Source: Candidatus Latescibacterota bacterium | Lineage (GTDB): Bacteria > Latescibacterota > UBA2968 > GCA-2709665 | Assembly: GCA_965219995.1 (NCBI GenBank) | Contig: CBDCOX010000002.1 | Location: forward strand, 256,001-320,000 | Direction: 5' to 3' | Length of the DNA: 64,000 nucleotides | Shown here: one piece after another, positions 1 to 8,041 of the stretch | Numbering within the stretch: the stretch's first letter is position 1 | Layout: each line of letters opens with the position of its first letter | The notes under the pieces: model-generated | Databases searched by the model: none | The model's input: only the letters and a program-made list of their open reading frames with translations | What the model was told of the DNA's origin: nothing | Position numbers and translations under genes: made by a program

Positions 1-1
1 A

Positions 2-601
2 ATCGGCGATGGAAGCGGAGCGGCGGTTGTGGTATCCAGGACCGGGTACACGGGAGAACTGGGCTATGAGGTGTGGTGCCATCCCAACGACGCATCCGCG
101 GTCTGGGACGCAATCTGGGAATCGGGACAGCCGCATGGCCTGACCCCGTTGGGGCTGGAAGCCCTGGACATCCTTCGGATCGAGGCCGGTCTGGTTTTCG
201 CCGGCTGCGAGTTCGACGATCAGACGGACCCGTTCGAGGCGGGTATCGGCTTCACCGTTCCGCTCAAGCGCAAGAAGGACGATTTCATCGGAAAAGAGGC
301 GCTGATTCGAAGACGGTCCCATCCCCAGCGTGTGCTCGTGGGCCTGGAGTTGTCCGGGAACGAGCCCGCCGCCACGGGCGACGACGTCTACGTCGGGCGC
401 GGACGCGTGGGCATGATTACCAGCGGCACCCGTTCACCCATTCTGGGCAGAAATATCGCGCTGTGCCGTCTGGCGACCGGGTACGCGGCGATCGGCGTGG
501 ACGTGGAGGTGGGAAGGCTGGACGGACATCAGAAGCGGATCCCCGCCCGTGTGGTGCGGTTTCCGTTCTACGACCCGGAGAAGTCCCGGCCCCGTTCCTG
601 A
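2..601 (+). CDS. GcvT-family aminomethyltransferase, C-terminal part (5' truncated); resembles TMAO demethylase Tdm
   Basis: SRTGYTGELGYE and LRIEAGL motifs; C-terminus GRLDGHQKRIPA..FPFYDPEKSRPR resembles DUF1989-GcvT (Tdm) proteins; frame open from position 2; amt/fhs/gmaS context. Confidence 0.8.
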   Translation: MGDGSGAAVVVSRTGYTGELGYEVWCHPNDASAVWDAIWESGQPHGLTPLGLEALDILRIEAGLVFAGCEFDDQTDPFEAGIGFTVPLKRKKDDFIGKEALIRRRSHPQRVLVGLELSGNEPAATGDDVYVGRGRVGMITSGTRSPILGRNIALCRLATGYAAIGVDVEVGRLDGHQKRIPARVVRFPFYDPEKSRPRS

Positions 602-719
602 TCGATAAGCGAAATCTGAAACGCTTCAGAAGGAATTTCGGCGGCCCGGTTCACGGCGTCCGGACGTCCGGCGGCGGACTCGGCGAATCCCGCGCCGAGT
701 CTGTTGAGAGGGTATCGGA

Positions 720-1208
720 ATGGCGTTCGACCCGATGGAACAACGGCGGATTATGGGCTGTTTCGCGACCGGCGTTACCGTCGTGACGACGGTTGCGGGC
801 GGCCAGTCGCGGGGGATGACGGCCAATGCCGTGACCTCCCTGTCGCTGGATCCGCCCCTGGTCATGGTGGCCGTGGACAAAGGGGCGCAGATGCACGCCC
901 ATCTGACCGGAAGCCGGCATTTTGCATTGAATATCCTCAGCGAGGATCAGGAAGCGCTTTCCGTGCAGTTCGCCAGGCCGGGGCCGAAGGACTTTTCGAA
1001 CGTGGCCTCGACCACGGGCAGGACTGGCTCGCCTGTCTTCGCGGAGACGCTGGGTCACGTGGAGTGTCTGCTGGTCGACGTACTTCGGACCGGCGACCAC
1101 GACATTTTCGTTGGTGAGATCGTGGCGGGCGATGCCGGTGAGGGTCGTCCGCTGCTGTTTTACCGGGGGAAGTACAGCCGGATGGTGGAAGTGTCCGTTC
1201 AGACCTGA
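720..1208 (+). CDS. Flavin reductase family protein
   Basis: FATGVTVVT, GMTANAVTSLSLDPPLV, GDHDIFVGEI and PLLFYRGKY motifs. Confidence 0.93.
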   Translation: MAFDPMEQRRIMGCFATGVTVVTTVAGGQSRGMTANAVTSLSLDPPLVMVAVDKGAQMHAHLTGSRHFALNILSEDQEALSVQFARPGPKDFSNVASTTGRTGSPVFAETLGHVECLLVDVLRTGDHDIFVGEIVAGDAGEGRPLLFYRGKYSRMVEVSVQT

Positions 1209-1242
1209 AGGACCTCTGCCGCGGGCCTGAGCTTGTCTTCTG

Positions 1243-1663
1243 GTGTTCTGTCCCGCAGTTAGGTCTCCTGAATTCGGCCTGAGAGAAGCAGCGATCAGCC
1301 AAAGGCGGTGAGACGGGAGAGGATAGACGGGAGACGATATGAGTGCCTGATGAACGGGTAGACGTAAGACGGGAGAGGGGAGATGATGTGAGTGTCCGTT
1401 CGGTTTATTAATCGTAGCGACGATTCCTATGCAATCGGCACCGGTTATTTTGAGATACTTTCAGTCAATCCTGAGAGTAACGCAATGTGGCTGAGTTCCA
1501 AATTCGTGTTCCGGCGCTATCTTTTTGGGTTGGCGCCGCATCAGACGGTAAGGTTATCCTCTACCGTCTCCCGGCTCACGTCTTACCGAAGTTAGAAGAC
1601 CACACCGCAGCGAGACGGGATGAATCGTCGGCAAAATGGTGAGATATTTTCTGGACAGATCGC
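1243..1663. mobile_element. Degenerate, internally replaced copy of MITE-like element B
   Basis: Left end GTGTTCTGTCCCG..CCTGAATTCGGC (1243) and right end CGCAGCGAGACGGGATG..AATGGTGAG.TATTT..GGACAG (1606-1660) match the two ends of 51693-51854. Confidence 0.6.
1311..1586. repeat. Short AGACGGGAGA repeats (1311, 1325, 1367) with an inverted related copy at 1565-1586
   Basis: Read directly from the sequence. Confidence 0.55.
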
Positions 1664-1685
1664 CAGTTTTGAAGGGAGGAATGGA

Positions 1686-3077
1686 ATGGATAACGAACTC
1701 AGCGCATTGACCGTCGTGTTTACGGAGTTCTATTACTGGATATGCATCGTTCTCATGTTCCTGATCCACGTCGGCTTCTGTCTGTATGAAGTCGGCGTTT
1801 CCAGGCGGAAGAATATGATGCACACCTTGATGAAGAACGCGATGTTGATTCCTCTGGTGACCATCACGTTCTATTTCTTCGGGTGGTGGATCTACTTTGC
1901 GGTCCAGAACGGGCCCGGGATCACGGGCGGGCTCATCAAGGCCGCCTGGGCGGAGCCGTGGAATGAACTGATGGGGACGCATATGGGCGGAAAGCCGCAC
2001 GGCGGCGGGTTGACGGGGGCCGATACGGCACTCTGGGCGCGGTTGAACGGCGTGTTCTGGGCGGCGTTTCTCCTGTTTTCGTGGACGGCGGGATCGATTC
2101 TTTCGGGGGCGGTCATCGAACGCATCCGATCCGGCGCGTTCTGGATTTTTGCGGTGCTGGTGGGTTCGGTCACGTGGGTGATCGATGCGGCCTGGGGATG
2201 GTCCGCGGACGGCTGGATGGTGCAGTTGCTGGGCTATCACGACGCGTACGCGTCCGGCGTGATCCACGCGATCAGCGGCGGTTCCGCGCTGGCGATACTT
2301 TATCACCTCGGGCCGCGCATCGGCAGGTTCAGGCCTGACGGCTCTCCGAGGAATTTCCCGCCGCAGAACACGTGGCTGGTCATCATCGGACTGTTTCTGA
2401 TCTATACCGGATTCTGGGGCTTCTACGCGGCCTGCAACGTTCCCATAATGGACATCGATGCCGCCGACGGCAGGGCGTTCTTCTCGGCCACCACGATTTA
2501 CCTCACACCCACGACGCTCAGCGCCATCACCTTCAACTTTCTGATGTCTCTCGCCGGCGGATTGATCATGGGGTACTTCGTGTCCAAAGGCGATCCGTAC
2601 TGGACCTTCTCGGGCGGACTGGCCGGCATCATTACGGCGTCGGCCGGCAACGACCTGTACCATCCGATGCAGGCGCTTCTCATCGGCGCATTCGGCACGT
2701 TCTGCATGTACAAGCTGCACAATTGGGTCGAACGCCGCTTCAGGATCGACGATGCGGTGGGCGCCGTGGCGGTGCACGGATACGCCGGGGTCATCGGCGT
2801 GATTGTCGCGGGGTTCGTGCTGTGGGGGTATCCGGGCGCGAATCCCGACTACGCCCCCATAACGCCCTGGGGCCAGACGCTCGGCGCCGTCATCATGTTC
2901 TTCGTGCTGGGTTTTCTGCCCTGTTACGTGGTGGGCGCGGTTCTCAAGAAACTGGGCGTTCTCCGCATTCCGGGGCGAATCGAACTGGCGGGTCTGGATC
3001 ACGCGACCATCGAGAACGAAACGTCGGCTGCGAACGAACTCGTTCAGGCGGAAGTCGACGAAGCGCGGGGAAAATGA
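1686..3077 (+). CDS. amt: Ammonium/methylammonium transporter (Amt family), divergent subtype
   Basis: Multi-TM; HDAYASGVIH and IDDAVGAVAVHG twin-His motifs; GPRIGRF; RBS GGGAGGA before ATG 1686. Confidence 0.92.
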   Translation: MDNELSALTVVFTEFYYWICIVLMFLIHVGFCLYEVGVSRRKNMMHTLMKNAMLIPLVTITFYFFGWWIYFAVQNGPGITGGLIKAAWAEPWNELMGTHMGGKPHGGGLTGADTALWARLNGVFWAAFLLFSWTAGSILSGAVIERIRSGAFWIFAVLVGSVTWVIDAAWGWSADGWMVQLLGYHDAYASGVIHAISGGSALAILYHLGPRIGRFRPDGSPRNFPPQNTWLVIIGLFLIYTGFWGFYAACNVPIMDIDAADGRAFFSATTIYLTPTTLSAITFNFLMSLAGGLIMGYFVSKGDPYWTFSGGLAGIITASAGNDLYHPMQALLIGAFGTFCMYKLHNWVERRFRIDDAVGAVAVHGYAGVIGVIVAGFVLWGYPGANPDYAPITPWGQTLGAVIMFFVLGFLPCYVVGAVLKKLGVLRIPGRIELAGLDHATIENETSAANELVQAEVDEARGK

Positions 3078-3086
3078 AGGGTAGCG

Positions 3087-4772
3087 ATGCGCGAGCAGGG
3101 GAACTTGCCGGATATTGAAATCGCGAGGCGGGCCGATTTGCTTCAGGTCGGCGAGGTCGGTCGAAAGCTGGGCGTACCCGAAGATCAACTGGAGGTCTAC
3201 GGCAGGTACAAGGCCAAGGTTTCGTTGGGTTTTTGCGACAGCCTGGCCGGAAATCCCACCGGAAAACTGGTGCTGGTCTCGGCGATCAATCCGACACCCT
3301 CCGGCGAGGGAAAGACCACCACAACCGTGGGTCTGGGCGACGCGCTGAACCGGCTGGGCAAGCGCGCGGCCGTGTGTCTCCGGGAGCCCTCTCTGGGTCC
3401 CTGTTTCGGCATGAAGGGAGGCGCTGCCGGCGGCGGGGCCTCGCAGGTCGCGCCGATGGAGGACATCAACCTGCACTTTACGGGCGATATCCACGCCATC
3501 GGCGTCGCCCACAATCTGCTGGCCGCGGCAATCGACAACCACATTCATCACCGCAACAGGCTGGATATCGATCCCCGGCGCATCCTGTGGAAGCGCGCCC
3601 TGGATATGAACGACAGGGCGCTGCGCGATATCGTCATCGGTCTCGGGGGCACGGGGAATTCCTACCCTCGGGAATCCGGCTTTGAAATCACGGTCGCGTC
3701 CGAAGTGATGGCGATCTTCTGCCTGTCGGAGTCGCTCGACGAACTTCGTGAGCGGCTGGGTCGAATCATCGTGGCGCGTACACGGGCCAACGAGCCGGTC
3801 ACAGCGGCGGACCTCAACGTGCACGGGGCGATGGCCGTGCTGTTGAAGGACGCGTTAAAACCGAATCTGGTCCAGACGCTCGAGAACAACCCTGCGATCG
3901 TCCACGGGGGTCCGTTCGCCAATATCGCGCACGGATGCAACTCGGTGATCGCGACGAAACTGGCGATGCGTCTGGCCGAGTACACCGTTACAGAGGCCGG
4001 ATTCGGCGCGGACCTCGGCGCGGAGAAATTTCTGAACATCAAATGCCGCCAGGCCGGCATCCGCCCGGACGTGGTGGTGCTCGTGGCAACCGTCCGTGGC
4101 CTGAAATACCATGGAGGGACGTCGCTCAGGAGGCTGGCGGACCCGGATCCGGCCGCGGTCGAGAAAGGCCTCGTAAACCTCAGGAAGCATATTGAGAATG
4201 TCCGGCGCTTCGGGCTGCCGGCGGTGGTCGCCGTGAACCGGTTTCTTTCCGACACCACCGGTGAGGTCGCATTGATCCTGGACAGGTGCGCCGACATGGA
4301 TTTACCGATCGTTCCTTCGGAACACTGGGCCGGAGGAGGGGCTGGCGCCGAAGCGCTTGCCCGCACGGTGGTCGAAGCCGCGAAAACGGCGCCTGCCGAT
4401 TTCAACCTGTTGTATCCCGACAGCCTGCGGTTGTGGGACAAGGCCAGGATCGTGGCCCGGGAAATCTACGGCGCCGACGATATCCTGGGGGACAAACGCC
4501 TGAGAGCCCGGTTCGGAAAGCTCGAGGAAGCGGGGTACGGGAGGCTTCCGGTCTGTATGGCCAAGACCCAGTATTCGCTCTCGACCGATCCGGGACTGAA
4601 GGGCAGACCGAAAGGTTTCGACGTGCCCATCCGCGACGTGAGGGTGTCTGCCGGGGCCGGTTTTGTTGTCGTCTACACCGGCGACGTCATGACAATGCCG
4701 GGGCTGCCCCGAAAGCCATCGGCCGAAGCGATCGACTACGATGAAGCCGGACAGACCGTGGGACTGTTCTGA
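3087..4772 (+). CDS. fhs: Formate--tetrahydrofolate ligase
   Basis: [52 protein letters not shown]. Confidence 0.98.
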   Translation: MREQGNLPDIEIARRADLLQVGEVGRKLGVPEDQLEVYGRYKAKVSLGFCDSLAGNPTGKLVLVSAINPTPSGEGKTTTTVGLGDALNRLGKRAAVCLREPSLGPCFGMKGGAAGGGASQVAPMEDINLHFTGDIHAIGVAHNLLAAAIDNHIHHRNRLDIDPRRILWKRALDMNDRALRDIVIGLGGTGNSYPRESGFEITVASEVMAIFCLSESLDELRERLGRIIVARTRANEPVTAADLNVHGAMAVLLKDALKPNLVQTLENNPAIVHGGPFANIAHGCNSVIATKLAMRLAEYTVTEAGFGADLGAEKFLNIKCRQAGIRPDVVVLVATVRGLKYHGGTSLRRLADPDPAAVEKGLVNLRKHIENVRRFGLPAVVAVNRFLSDTTGEVALILDRCADMDLPIVPSEHWAGGGAGAEALARTVVEAAKTAPADFNLLYPDSLRLWDKARIVAREIYGADDILGDKRLRARFGKLEEAGYGRLPVCMAKTQYSLSTDPGLKGRPKGFDVPIRDVRVSAGAGFVVVYTGDVMTMPGLPRKPSAEAIDYDEAGQTVGLF

Positions 4773-4909
4773 GAGCGGAGCCGCCACCGATGGTGTCCGC
4801 CGTCTCTGGTGAGCGCGACACCTTCGAAATCCGGCATCCGGACGCTTCGCTTCAGGTTCCGAATGAGACGAATGGTTTCAACATACTCACCAGCGTAAGG
4901 AGGTGGCAG

Positions 4910-5140
4910 ATGAGAACGGGTCAGATAGACACGTGGACGGGAAATCCGGCTGACGTGGGTCCCATGTATCCCTTTGTCGGGTACGAGGTCCCGCTGTTCG
5001 TGGTCTGCGTTGCGCTGTGGCTTGCGTACACGGTCTGGCAGATGAAACACGAGAACGCGGTCTATCAGGACGAACTGGATCGGTCCGCCGAGGCCGCGCC
5101 TTCCGTATCGGAAACGGAAGGTGAGGGCAGGGATTCCTAA
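4910..5140 (+). CDS. Small (76 aa) single-TM hypothetical membrane protein
   Basis: Strong RBS AAGGAGG at 4897; GPMYPFVGYE followed by a hydrophobic helix; lies between fhs and the GmaS-like gene. Confidence 0.75.
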   Translation: MRTGQIDTWTGNPADVGPMYPFVGYEVPLFVVCVALWLAYTVWQMKHENAVYQDELDRSAEAAPSVSETEGEGRDS

Positions 5141-5167
5141 CGATGTTTTTCCGGGGGAGAATTTGCA

Positions 5168-6502
5168 ATGACGGTGGACCAGGTTAAGGAAGTTGTAGAG
5201 AGAAATGGAATAGACTTCTTTCTGTGTTCTTTCGTGGAAATGAGCGGAATGCCGAAGGCCAAGGTCGTGCCGGTCACGCACCTGGACGACATGGCATCGG
5301 AAGGCGCGGGGTTCGCGGGGTTCGCGGCGGGCAATATGGGGCAGGGGCCGCACGATTCCGACATGATGAACATACCGGATTTCCGTTCGATGACCGTGTT
5401 GCCGTGGCGAAAGAACACGGCGTGGGTGGCGGGCAATATCCAGGTCGAAGGGGAACCGTTCGGCTATTGTCCCCGGACGATTCTGCAGCGGCAGCTCGAG
5501 AAGGCGGAGGCAAAGGGATATCGGTTGAATCTGGGCGTGGAAGCGGAGTTCATCCTCCTGAAGAAGGACGATCAGGGCCAATATACGCTGGCCGATCCGA
5601 TGGACACGTTGGAAAAGCCCTGTTACGATCTCGTCACCCTGCATCGCAATCTGGATGTGATGACCACGCTCATCGGGTATATGCAGGAACTGGGATGGGA
5701 ACCCTACGCCAACGACCACGAAGACGCCAATTGCCAGTTCGAGATCAACTGGACCTATTCCGACGCGCTGACGACCGCGGACCGGCAGACGTTTTTCAGA
5801 TGGATGGTGAAAGTCAACGCGGAGCGTCACGGATACCACGCGACCTTCATGCCGAAACCGTTTTCTCATCTCACCGGGAGCGGGGCGCATTATCACATGA
5901 GCCTGTGGGATCCGGAAAACACGACCAATCTGTTCCTGGACGAGACGGACGAAAACGGCCTTTCGAAAGAGGCCTACTGGTTTATGGCGGGCATTCTCAA
6001 TCACGCCAAGGCGATTTCGGCCGTTTCGGCCCCTCTGGTGAACAGCTACAAGCGCCTGACGAGGGGCGCTCCCCGGTCCGGCGCGTCCTGGGCGCCGATC
6101 TGCATCACTTACGGCGGATCGAACCGGACGCAGATGGTCCGCATCCCGGACGCGGGGCGTATCGAGAATCGGGCGATCGACGGGGCGGCCAATCCATACC
6201 TGACGGCCGCGGTGATGCTGGCGGCGGGGCTCGACGGCATCGAAAACCGCATGGAGCCGGGCGAGCGCAACGAGGGCAATCTCTACGAGGTGTCCGAGAG
6301 CGAGTTGAAAGCGCGGGGCATCGATCTGCTGCCCGGTACCCTGGCCGAGGCGGCCGACCACCTGGCGTCCGACGACGTACTCCGGGAAGCGCTCGGAACG
6401 GAATATGCCGACTACTATGTGCAGGTGAAGCGCGAAGAGTGGGCGGAGTACCATTTGCACGTCGACCAGTGGGAGCGTGAACGCTATCTGCCGGTCTACT
6501 AG
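5168..6502 (+). CDS. gmaS: Glutamine synthetase-like GlnT-type protein, probable gamma-glutamylmethylamide synthetase
   Basis: GAGFAGFA, DHEDANCQFEIN, TFMPKPF, NSYKRL, NRTQMVRIP, DGAANPYL; context with Tdm-like gene, fhs and amt. Confidence 0.8.
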   Translation: MTVDQVKEVVERNGIDFFLCSFVEMSGMPKAKVVPVTHLDDMASEGAGFAGFAAGNMGQGPHDSDMMNIPDFRSMTVLPWRKNTAWVAGNIQVEGEPFGYCPRTILQRQLEKAEAKGYRLNLGVEAEFILLKKDDQGQYTLADPMDTLEKPCYDLVTLHRNLDVMTTLIGYMQELGWEPYANDHEDANCQFEINWTYSDALTTADRQTFFRWMVKVNAERHGYHATFMPKPFSHLTGSGAHYHMSLWDPENTTNLFLDETDENGLSKEAYWFMAGILNHAKAISAVSAPLVNSYKRLTRGAPRSGASWAPICITYGGSNRTQMVRIPDAGRIENRAIDGAANPYLTAAVMLAAGLDGIENRMEPGERNEGNLYEVSESELKARGIDLLPGTLAEAADHLASDDVLREALGTEYADYYVQVKREEWAEYHLHVDQWERERYLPVY

Positions 6503-6598
6503 CTCCGGATGTCGGACGAATTCCCGTACCGTTCCAGGCTCGCGGTCAACCGCGTGCCTGGAACGTTGCAGTTTCGGTTGACGCCGAGAGGTCTGTAA

Positions 6599-7942
6599 AT
6601 GGAGAATGCAGCTGAGCGGACGGTTCGGGAGGCGCCGCGGGGCTTAGGAGGACTGTTGCGGAATATCGGTCCGGGCGTGGTTGTGTCGGGGTCGGTGGTC
6701 GGATCCGGCGAGTTGCTGGTTACCACGCGAATGGGCGCCGAGGTGGGCTTCGTGTTCCTCTGGGGGGTGATCCTGGCCTGTCTGGTCAAGTTCTTCATCC
6801 AGCTTGAACTCGGGCGCCAGTGCGTTCTGCACAACAGTACGACGATACAGGTACTGGATCGCGTGCCCGGAATGCGGCTGGCGAATACGTCGTGGGCGGC
6901 ATGGTTGTGCGTGCTGGGATACTTCTCGGTAATGATCGCCGTGATCGGCATCCTGGGGTCGGTGGCCGGTCTGATGGTGACCCTCCTACCCGGTGTCCCG
7001 TACAACGTCTGGGCCGTTCTGGTTTTCGCGGCCATCTCGATCCTGTTGTACCGGGGTCTGTACGCCGACCTGGAACGCATGATCACCATACTGGTTGCGG
7101 GCTTCAGCCTGGTCGTCATCGGGTCCGTCGCGGCGATGCAGGCAACGCCCTACGCCGTGGGCGGCGACGAGGTATTGTCGGGGTTTCGCTTCGCGTTGCC
7201 GGCGGACGGGGCGTTCGTGGCCATGGCTGTGATGGGGTCGGTGGGTGCGACGGCGGTGGAGTTGTTTATGTATCCTTACTGGGTGAGGGAGAAAGGGTAT
7301 GCGGATTTCGTGGGGCCCCGTGAGGATACGCCCGAATGGCGCGCGCGCTATCGGGGCTGGATGCGGGTGCTGAAAACCGACGCGCTGGTCTGCACGGGAA
7401 TCGCATTGGTGATTACCTGCGCCTACTATCTGCTTGGCGCTTCGATTCTCAAGAAACTGAACGTGGTTCCCCAGGGCATGGAGGTCGTCGAGCAGGTATC
7501 GCTGATTTTTACCCGAAGCATCGGACCGTGGACCAAGAACGTGTTCATGTTCGGCGCTTTCTGTACGCTGTTTTCCACGCTGCTCGTCTTTACGGCCAGT
7601 TCGGGGCGCATCAGCGTGGATTTTCTGAGGCAGACGGGGGTCGCCAGTCTCGATCATGAAGGCGGCCGGCTTCGGCTGCTGAGGGCACTGCAGATCGCTT
7701 TTCCGTTTCTGTGGCTCTGTGTGACCATTGCAACTCCCGATACGCCGCTGGCCCTGGTGCTGATCGGGGCCAATGCCAATAACCTGCTGCTGATTCCGAT
7801 GGCCTACGGCGTGGTGCACCTGGCGATGCGCGCCGCGGACACGGAACGGATGTCCGTCTGGACGGAACTTGGATTGCTGCTGACGATCTGGGCGATCGTC
7901 AACTTTACCGCGATCAACCTTTATCTGAATTGGACGCGTTAG
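6599..7942 (+). CDS. Nramp/MntH-like (APC superfamily) transporter
   Basis: IGPGVVVSGSVVGSGEL N-terminal motif, YPYWVREKGY, about 11 TM segments. Confidence 0.8.
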   Translation: MENAAERTVREAPRGLGGLLRNIGPGVVVSGSVVGSGELLVTTRMGAEVGFVFLWGVILACLVKFFIQLELGRQCVLHNSTTIQVLDRVPGMRLANTSWAAWLCVLGYFSVMIAVIGILGSVAGLMVTLLPGVPYNVWAVLVFAAISILLYRGLYADLERMITILVAGFSLVVIGSVAAMQATPYAVGGDEVLSGFRFALPADGAFVAMAVMGSVGATAVELFMYPYWVREKGYADFVGPREDTPEWRARYRGWMRVLKTDALVCTGIALVITCAYYLLGASILKKLNVVPQGMEVVEQVSLIFTRSIGPWTKNVFMFGAFCTLFSTLLVFTASSGRISVDFLRQTGVASLDHEGGRLRLLRALQIAFPFLWLCVTIATPDTPLALVLIGANANNLLLIPMAYGVVHLAMRAADTERMSVWTELGLLLTIWAIVNFTAINLYLNWTR

Positions 7943-7967
7943 GGATCTGGAAAGACGCAGAATCCTG

Positions 7968-7996
7968 AAGGGCGGCCGGTCGCGGCCGCCCTTTTT
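7968..7996 (+). terminator. Rho-independent terminator
   Basis: GGGCGGCCG-GTCG-CGGCCGCCC hairpin followed by TTTTT, between convergent genes. Confidence 0.85.
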
Positions 7997-8041
7997 CTGA
8001 TCGACACGCGCAGAGTCCCGGCGTGGGAGCCGTGGCGACGG

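Noticed and set aside
1554-3824. 756-aa minus-strand ORF, and similar long antisense ORFs at 4736-6460, 22952-25126 and 58275-60242
   Set aside because: They are shadow frames of well-supported plus-strand genes in high-GC DNA and show no recognisable motifs
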